A stretch of DNA of 32,000 nucleotides from Candidatus Electronema halotolerans (GTDB lineage Bacteria > Desulfobacterota > Desulfobulbia > Desulfobulbales > Desulfobulbaceae), in NCBI GenBank assembly GCA_942493095.1, contig OW818675.1:2490001-2522000 (forward strand). Direction: 5' to 3'. Shown here in pieces: positions 26,156 to 32,000 of the stretch. Made by a program: the position numbers and the translations under genes. How positions within the stretch are numbered: position 1 is the first letter of the stretch; each line of letters starts with the position of its first letter. A model generated the notes under the pieces. The model saw nothing but the letters and a program-made list of their open reading frames with translations. It had not been told where the DNA came from and made no database searches.

Positions 26156-27604
26156 TTATTTCAGCTCCTCAGCCAGCAGCTTGTTTGCCAGCTGTGGATT
26201 GGCCTTGCCCTTGGTCTGCTTCATCAGCTGGCCAACAAGAAAACCCATGACCTTGGTCTTGCCTTCACGGTACTGCTGCGCCTGCTCCGGGTTGGCGGCA
26301 ATAACCTCGCGGACAGCGGCGAGCAGCTCTCCCTCGTCGCTCATCTGCACCAGTCCTTTTTCTTTGACGATCCGCTCTGGGTCGGCTCCGCTGGCGAGCA
26401 TCTCGGCAAAGACCGCCTTGGCTATCTTGAGGGAAATTTTACCCTTTTGCACCATCAACAGGAGAGTAGCGAGTTGCTCAGGACTCACTTTGCAGTCACT
26501 AAACTGCTCAGGGCTGTATTCGCGCAGCAGCTCGGTCATGATGAAATTAGCTACCGCCAACGGATGTACAGTGGATAACTGTTTGCAGACATCCTCAAAG
26601 AAGTCAGCTAACTCACGAGATGAAACAAGAACCCTTGCTACTTCTTCGAGCACACATTCATCAGTCTGTGGCTTTCTGAGCATTTCTATGAATCTCAATT
26701 GCCGCTGCTTAGGCAATTCCGGCAGGCTATTGCGCAGCTCATCAATCCACGCCTCGTCAATCAGCACCGGCACCAAGTCCGGGTCTGGGAAGTAGCGGTA
26801 ATCGTGCGCCTCCTCCTTGCCGCGCATCTCCTCAGTGCGGCCTGTGTCCGGGTTCCAGAGCAGGGTGGCCTGTGTCACCCTGCCGCCATCAAGAAGGATG
26901 TCCCGCTGCCGCCGTTCCTCGTATTCCAAGGCAAGCTGAACATTGCGGAACGAGTTCATGTTCTTCAGCTCAGTGCGGGTGCCGAACTCCTTTTGGCCTC
27001 TGGGACGCAGGGAGATGTTGGCATCACAGCGGAAGCTGCCTTCCTGCATGTTGCCATCGCAGATGTCGAGACAGCGGACGATGCCGTGCAGCTGCTTGAG
27101 ATAAGCCGCCGCTTCTTCCGGTGAGCGCAAATCCGGTTCGCTGACGATTTCCAGCAGCGGGGTGCCGGTGCGGTTGAGGTCAACATAGCTTTTCGGCTCG
27201 CGCTCGTCATGAATCAGCTTGCCAGCGTCCTCCTCCATGTGGGCACGGGTAATGCCGATGGTCTTTTTCTCGCCGCTGACCTCGATTTCCAAGCGGCCAT
27301 GCTCGGCAATGGGCCGCTCGAACTGGGAAATCTGATAGCCTTTGGGCAGATCAGGATAAAAGTAGTTCTTGCGGGCAAAGCGGTTCTCCCGGTTGATCTG
27401 CGCGTCAACGGCCAAGGCCAGCTTGATGCCGTTCTCCACCACCTGCCGGTTGAGCACGGGCAGCGAACCCGGCATTCCGAGGCAGACCGGACAGGTATGG
27501 GTGTTGGGCGGCGCGCCGAATTCGGTGGAGCAGCCGCAGAAAATCTTGCTCTTGGTCTTCATCTGGGCATGGACTTCCAGCCCGATCACGGTTTCAAATT
27601 CCAT
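26156..27604 (-). CDS. gatB: Asp-tRNA(Asn)/Glu-tRNA(Gln) amidotransferase subunit B
   Basis: [25 protein letters not shown]...[17 protein letters not shown]... and a C-terminal YqeY-like GKANP tail. The ATG at 27604 is preferred over the TTG at 27616. Confidence 0.95.
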   Translation of the reverse strand: MEFETVIGLEVHAQMKTKSKIFCGCSTEFGAPPNTHTCPVCLGMPGSLPVLNRQVVENGIKLALAVDAQINRENRFARKNYFYPDLPKGYQISQFERPIAEHGRLEIEVSGEKKTIGITRAHMEEDAGKLIHDEREPKSYVDLNRTGTPLLEIVSEPDLRSPEEAAAYLKQLHGIVRCLDICDGNMQEGSFRCDANISLRPRGQKEFGTRTELKNMNSFRNVQLALEYEERRQRDILLDGGRVTQATLLWNPDTGRTEEMRGKEEAHDYRYFPDPDLVPVLIDEAWIDELRNSLPELPKQRQLRFIEMLRKPQTDECVLEEVARVLVSSRELADFFEDVCKQLSTVHPLAVANFIMTELLREYSPEQFSDCKVSPEQLATLLLMVQKGKISLKIAKAVFAEMLASGADPERIVKEKGLVQMSDEGELLAAVREVIAANPEQAQQYREGKTKVMGFLVGQLMKQTKGKANPQLANKLLAEELK

Positions 27605-27733
27605 AGCAGTATCCAAATAAAATATCCTTTCTTGTCTTGTTTAATGTTTTGCGTATATACATTTAACATCTTATATAGATAGCGGCACGCACGTCAGACA
27701 TGATCTTCATGTTGCGTGTCACTGCTGTAAAGA

Positions 27734-28345
27734 CTATGGCTCTATGCCAATCAGCACAAGCGGAACTGCCGGAACGCCTCTCCCTTGGCGAACAACATTG
27801 TAAAACTCTCCTTCATAATAGGCGACTCCAGAACTCATCTGGCTTTGCATCGATTTCATTGGAAGTATCTCAATTCCAACATCAATCTGATCGCCGACGT
27901 AAAAGGCAAGATGCTTGACAAACAGGTCATAGGCAACAAAGGCGTACTTGCCGAATTGAATCTCAATGGCGACACGATCTTTGACAAAATCTGTCTGGTT
28001 ATAGCTGTAGATTGGAGTTTCTCCAGCCTTTTCTATTTCCTGCTTCTGTTCCGCCGCCGACATTGCCAGAGTTTTTCGTATCAACCGTTCATTTCTGGTG
28101 ACCCAATAACTCACCCGGCTTTCCTGCCAAGATTTTTCCCGCAGCAGACCGCTGAATGAGGCGTTCATATCAACAGGACTGAATAACAGCCTGCCTTTCA
28201 TCGTTTTCTCTTTGGAAATTTTTGTTCTGCATTGATCAGCATCAACCGCACTTATGACAGCCTGAATCTCTTGCCACAAGGTTGGTTTGTGAACAAGAAG
28301 AAATTCAAGCCCATTGAGATGAGAATATGTTTCGGCAATGTTCAT
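27734..28345 (-). CDS. type II restriction endonuclease, BglII/BstYI-like
   Basis: From my memory of R.BglII: LW.EI near the N-terminus, F.PV..N, the D..K....IE(V/I)QFG.Y.F core, and a C-terminal VP..L(V/I)GIE. The start overlaps the methylase stop (ATGA). Confidence 0.6.
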   Translation of the reverse strand: MNIAETYSHLNGLEFLLVHKPTLWQEIQAVISAVDADQCRTKISKEKTMKGRLLFSPVDMNASFSGLLREKSWQESRVSYWVTRNERLIRKTLAMSAAEQKQEIEKAGETPIYSYNQTDFVKDRVAIEIQFGKYAFVAYDLFVKHLAFYVGDQIDVGIEILPMKSMQSQMSSGVAYYEGEFYNVVRQGRGVPAVPLVLIGIEP

Positions 28346-29307
28346 TGCTGCACTTTTTCAAGATGTTTAAGCAGAGGCATCTGTTCCGCCTCTTTTTTCT
28401 TCCAAGGTGCTGTCGTCAGGCTGTTTCCGGCTTCGACAGGATCATAAACCGGTTTGTCCATAGGCCGGGTTGGCAATGTCCCGGCAATCTCCTGAGCAAT
28501 TCGCTGGCGCGCAATCTCGGCATACTTGGGAACAATTTCCGCCCCGGCACCACGACGGTTATGACGAAGAGCGGCAATGATAGAAGTGCCGGTTCCTAAG
28601 AAAGGATCCAAAACCCAGTCCTCTTCATTACTGAGAGCAAGAACCAAGCGTTCAATCAACGCAACAGGGAACTGACAGGGATGCTCAGTTTTTTCAACGT
28701 GATTGCTCTTCACATTGGGGATCACCCACAGGTCACCAGGATTCTTGCCAAGCGGATTGCAGGAATACTGCCCTGCCTTTGGCCCTTTGAAATGCTTCTT
28801 GCCCGGATATTTCTGCGGCACTCGGACCGGATCAAGATTGAAGACAAAATCATCTGTTTTAGTAAACCAGATAATCGTTTCATAGCGGCCAGAAAATCTG
28901 TGGCTGCAATGCAGGCCATGCTCAAAATGCCAGATAATGCGGTTCCGCATCTTCAGACCGAGCTGGGCAAAGACTGGATAGAGGATTGCATCCAAAGGGA
29001 TGATGGCTCCCTTGTCAACATAATTGCCAACCTGCCAGCAAATGCTTCCTCTGAGCGACAAGGCCCTGACACACTCTGAGATAACTTCGGCCTGCTGCTG
29101 AACATACAGATCAAGATGCAATCTTTTTTCATACTCCTTGCCGATGTTGTAGGGCGGCGAAGTGACAACAAGCTGGAGCGATTCATCCGGCACTGCTTGC
29201 AGTAGATCAAGACAGTTTCCCTGATAGGCAACAATCTGCTCTGAAAGCGCGAATGTGTCGGAAATGGCACACTCTTTCCTGAATAATGATTGGGATGTTG
29301 TCTTCAT
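28342..29307 (-). CDS. beta-class DNA methyltransferase (SPPY motif, probably N4-cytosine)
   Basis: Motif IV VVTSPPYNIG is N-terminal and motif I LDPFLGTGTS is C-terminal (beta permutation). The ATG at 29307 is preferred, with an alternative at 29349. Confidence 0.8.
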   Translation of the reverse strand: MKTTSQSLFRKECAISDTFALSEQIVAYQGNCLDLLQAVPDESLQLVVTSPPYNIGKEYEKRLHLDLYVQQQAEVISECVRALSLRGSICWQVGNYVDKGAIIPLDAILYPVFAQLGLKMRNRIIWHFEHGLHCSHRFSGRYETIIWFTKTDDFVFNLDPVRVPQKYPGKKHFKGPKAGQYSCNPLGKNPGDLWVIPNVKSNHVEKTEHPCQFPVALIERLVLALSNEEDWVLDPFLGTGTSIIAALRHNRRGAGAEIVPKYAEIARQRIAQEIAGTLPTRPMDKPVYDPVEAGNSLTTAPWKKKEAEQMPLLKHLEKVQQ

Positions 29308-29390
29308 CTCTCTGGTCAAGCTGGGATTTATCGGCCAGCACAGACACATTCACAGTGGAAAACTGAAGAAGTTGTTTGGGCCGCCCTGAT

Positions 29391-30791
29391 TCAACCGCCC
29401 GCCATCTCCCCCAGCTTGGCCTGAATCATGGCCACCAAGGCTTCCTCTGTCTCTTCCTGCGCAAGCTGATCATTCTTCTGCAAGGCCCTGAAAAAGCGGT
29501 CGCAGATTTTCTTTTCCTCAGCTGTCCACTCTGAGGCATACCCCTGCTTTTCCGTCTCGCCATCCCGCACGACTGCATGGTCGCGGCGGCCATGCGCCCA
29601 GCTGACAACGTGGCTGTAGTAGAGCAAGGCGCGGTCAAGCAGGATGTACAAGAGCTGAATATTGGTCACTGGCCCGACCTGCATCTGCTGCTTGTCCAAT
29701 TTCATGCCGAGAAGACGGCGGCCTGTGAGCAGGTCCCGGCCTTTGACCGCCGCCCCGACTGCGCCCACTGCCCCGCCGATGGCCATGAACACGCCAAAGG
29801 AAATGCCTGCGGCCAGCACATCCATGCCCGCGCCCACTGCCGCCCCGCTCATTGCCGCCGCCCAGATCAGGTCTTCATCGCTGAGGCCGAGGAACTTCCA
29901 CGTCGTGGCATCAAACAAGTCTTCCTGAAGAATGGACTGCTCCGGCAGTTGCAGATTAAAGAGGTTGTGCTTGAACAGCCTGCGGAGCTGCTGGTGGGCC
30001 GTGCGCTCCCGTTTGGTGACAAAGTCGGTGTAGGTGCTGCGCAGTTTTGCTCTGAGCCGCTCCTCATCTGTGCCGGTTGGACAGGGCGCGCTGGCCCGAT
30101 AGTCCAAGCTGTCCTTGAGCATGGCCGTGATCAGGGCCGCGCTCTGGCGGCGGCGGTTCTCCCAGTCCTGGGCAAAGGCTTGGATGACCCGCTCTATCAG
30201 CTCTTCCAAGTCCTGATCAATCGCCTTGAGGCTGTTGAGCAGGGCGATGCGCTGGCTGTAAGTGGCCTTGTTGGCGTTGAAGAGGCGGATTGAGTTGAAA
30301 TGCTTGCGGAACTCGTTCTGCCAGTCAGCAAGGAAGCGGCTTTCCTCGTCCTTGCAGTTGATGATCGCCATGCGCGGCCTGCCAGTCAGGCGGAGGATTT
30401 CCATCTCCGCCTTGTCCATGTTGCGGAGCGGACGTGAGCCATCGACAACAAAAATGATGCCCGCACCCGCAGCCAAGGGAGTCAGCAGGGCGCAGTCATC
30501 GTGCAGGGCCGGGTCATTGCCGTGAATGCGGAGAAACTCAGTCAGCATCTGCTGATCATTGCCCTGCCAGGCCCGCATCCAGGCCAAGGTCTTGCGGGGA
30601 TTCTGAAAACCGGGCGTGTCAATGAAGCGGATGACCTCGCGTCCGTCGATCAGCACTGGAAAGCGGCGGCATTCGGTGGTCTCGCCCGGCACCGGACTGA
30701 TCCGCACCGAGTCATCCTCGCTCAGGGTGGAAACCACTGAGGACTTGCCCTCGTTCGGGTGGCCGACTATGGCGAATTCAGGAATCATCAT
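29391..30791 (-). CDS. membrane-anchored GTPase (DUF3482-like, from memory)
   Basis: G1 GHPNEGKSS, G3 DTPG, G4 NCKD. Long helical middle region. Gly-zipper hydrophobic region AAAMSGAAVGAGMDVLAAGISFGVFMAIGGAVGAVGAAV. The start ATGATGA overlaps the upstream stop. Confidence 0.8.
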   Translation of the reverse strand: MMIPEFAIVGHPNEGKSSVVSTLSEDDSVRISPVPGETTECRRFPVLIDGREVIRFIDTPGFQNPRKTLAWMRAWQGNDQQMLTEFLRIHGNDPALHDDCALLTPLAAGAGIIFVVDGSRPLRNMDKAEMEILRLTGRPRMAIINCKDEESRFLADWQNEFRKHFNSIRLFNANKATYSQRIALLNSLKAIDQDLEELIERVIQAFAQDWENRRRQSAALITAMLKDSLDYRASAPCPTGTDEERLRAKLRSTYTDFVTKRERTAHQQLRRLFKHNLFNLQLPEQSILQEDLFDATTWKFLGLSDEDLIWAAAMSGAAVGAGMDVLAAGISFGVFMAIGGAVGAVGAAVKGRDLLTGRRLLGMKLDKQQMQVGPVTNIQLLYILLDRALLYYSHVVSWAHGRRDHAVVRDGETEKQGYASEWTAEEKKICDRFFRALQKNDQLAQEETEEALVAMIQAKLGEMAGG

Positions 30792-32000
30792 GACACCAGC
30801 GGGATGACTTGCAGGGCCGGATCGCTGATTGTGGCGACTTTCTGCCGCCAGATGCGCAGATGCTCCGGTCGGGCCGGGGTGAGCATCGTCTCTGCTTCCG
30901 GCTTGCCAAGCAGAGCAAGAATGATCAGCGGCTGCGGGCCGAGCGTCTGGCGAAGCAGTCCCAGCCAAGCGAGAAACTCCTGCACTGGCGGCTGCCATGC
31001 TTCTTGGAGGACCAGAACATCTGCGCTGTCCTCTGCCGCCATTGCTGCCTTGAGCGCAGCCAGTTCCTCTTCCTCGCTTTTGTCCAAGGTCCAGAACGGC
31101 AGAGTCCAGCCAAGCTGATGCCCTGTCCGGCGGCGGACCTGCGCGGCCAAGTGCTCCGGCGGGCAGTCGGCAAACAGCTCCTCTGGAATCAGCGCGGCCA
31201 GGGGCTGGGCAGACGTGCTGGCAACAGGTTCTGCCGCGCTCGGCAGCTCTGCCAGCGGAGCTGCTGCCGCTCTGCCCTCTTGGCCACGAGCAGCCGCCGT
31301 AATCAGCGGGGTGCGCATCCGCTGGATGATCTGGCGGAAGCAGCCCTGCTGCAAGTCCAGTCGAGCCAGCTCCTTGCGCTGACTGAAAAGACCGGCGGTC
31401 AGCAGAAGCAGCCGGGGCAGCAGGCCGTAGCAGAGCACGGACAGGCAGAGAAATGGCCACCATGAAACTAAATCGCGGTTGGCCAAGGAGTAGATGCCAT
31501 CCTTGAGAATCAGGCGCGAGCCTTGGATTTGTTCCAAGGACGGCACCCACGCATCCGAGAGCCAAGTCCACGGCAGGCTGATTGTTGTTGCCAAGGCGTG
31601 AACTGCCGCCGCATCAATCTGCAAGGTGCTCTGCCAGCCAAAGGCCAGATCAGAGCCGATCACCTTGAGCAGGGTGGCGGCCAGCACCCCGATATTGAAG
31701 CTGATGCCGAAGAGCTGGGCAAGGAGGAAGAACGGGCGGACAAAGAGCAGGCCGTGCCGCTGCCGCAGATGCTTGAGACTGCCTGCACGGGCGGCCCAGT
31801 GCAGGCGTGTTCCTGCGGACAGCCGTGAGCCTGCCCGCTGCCCGGCAGCCATGCACCGCTCTAACATATAGAAGAAAAGCCGCTCGCTTAGGCGGTAGAG
31901 GAACGAGGATTCAAGCATGCTGCGCCCGCGCTGTTTGCCGCAGAGAACTGAGACGGTCAGGAAAAAAATCAGGGCAAGCTGGAGGAGGACAAAGACGGCA
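30788..32000 (-). CDS. polytopic membrane protein (DUF2868-like, from memory), 5'-partial at the window edge
   Basis: The frame stays open from 31918 to 32000 (..AVFVLLQLALIFFLTVSVLCGKQRGRS-MLESS..). Several hydrophobic helices. The stop overlaps the GTPase start. Confidence 0.7.
   Translation of the reverse strand, partial: AVFVLLQLALIFFLTVSVLCGKQRGRSMLESSFLYRLSERLFFYMLERCMAAGQRAGSRLSAGTRLHWAARAGSLKHLRQRHGLLFVRPFFLLAQLFGISFNIGVLAATLLKVIGSDLAFGWQSTLQIDAAAVHALATTISLPWTWLSDAWVPSLEQIQGSRLILKDGIYSLANRDLVSWWPFLCLSVLCYGLLPRLLLLTAGLFSQRKELARLDLQQGCFRQIIQRMRTPLITAAARGQEGRAAAAPLAELPSAAEPVASTSAQPLAALIPEELFADCPPEHLAAQVRRRTGHQLGWTLPFWTLDKSEEEELAALKAAMAAEDSADVLVLQEAWQPPVQEFLAWLGLLRQTLGPQPLIILALLGKPEAETMLTPARPEHLRIWRQKVATISDPALQVIPLVS

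Noticed and set aside
26147-27682. Plus-strand ORFs antisense to gatB (25974-26795, 26699-27124, 27209-27682)
   Set aside because: gatB on the minus strand is unambiguous.
30792-31571. A 260-aa N-terminal extension of the GTPase ORF (track ORF 29391-31571)
   Set aside because: The extension is low-complexity (A/G/R/P/S-rich) and overlaps the DUF2868-like gene in another frame. The GTPase G1 motif begins right after the ATGATG at 30791, which overlaps the upstream stop.

Overview
The window is a mosaic of GC-rich (about 55-60%) bacterial chromosome and a dense insertion-sequence graveyard. My guess at the source is a Desulfobacterota/deltaproteobacterium-like genome, held at low confidence.

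The left core (1-7.7 kb, + strand) carries tRNA-Gly(GCC), rplM-rpsI and an endonuclease I. It also carries a five-gene envelope/amino-sugar cluster: an unknown secreted protein, a DUF1343/NamZ-like protein, a GH84-like enzyme, a secreted W-rich repeat protein, and an SGNH esterase with a [10 protein letters not shown]-terminal anchor.

The interval 7.8-21.9 kb is mostly mobile DNA.
- An IS4/IS701-like element has its transposase frameshifted in an A7 run.
- An IS1-family element has perfect 174-bp inverted arms and carries a nested IS481-like element.
- An IS5/IS1182-like stub and a second IS4-family element are present.
- A 351-bp MITE carries a nested IS66.
- A second, near-identical IS66 copy lies further right.
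- Only two cargo genes survive here: an AT-richer secreted vWA protein and a DHH-CBS-nucleotidyltransferase fusion.

The right core (22-32 kb, - strand) runs, in transcription order, as follows.
- A translationally coupled pair opens it: a polytopic membrane protein and a membrane-anchored GTPase (DUF2868/DUF3482-like, from memory).
- An AT-richer BglII/BstYI-type restriction-modification pair follows.
- gatB, an EF-G paralog and a 22-repeat MORN protein complete it.

I found no CRISPR array, reverse transcriptase or rRNA. The membrane-GTPase pair next to the R-M system and the mobile-element architectures are the most checkable novelties.
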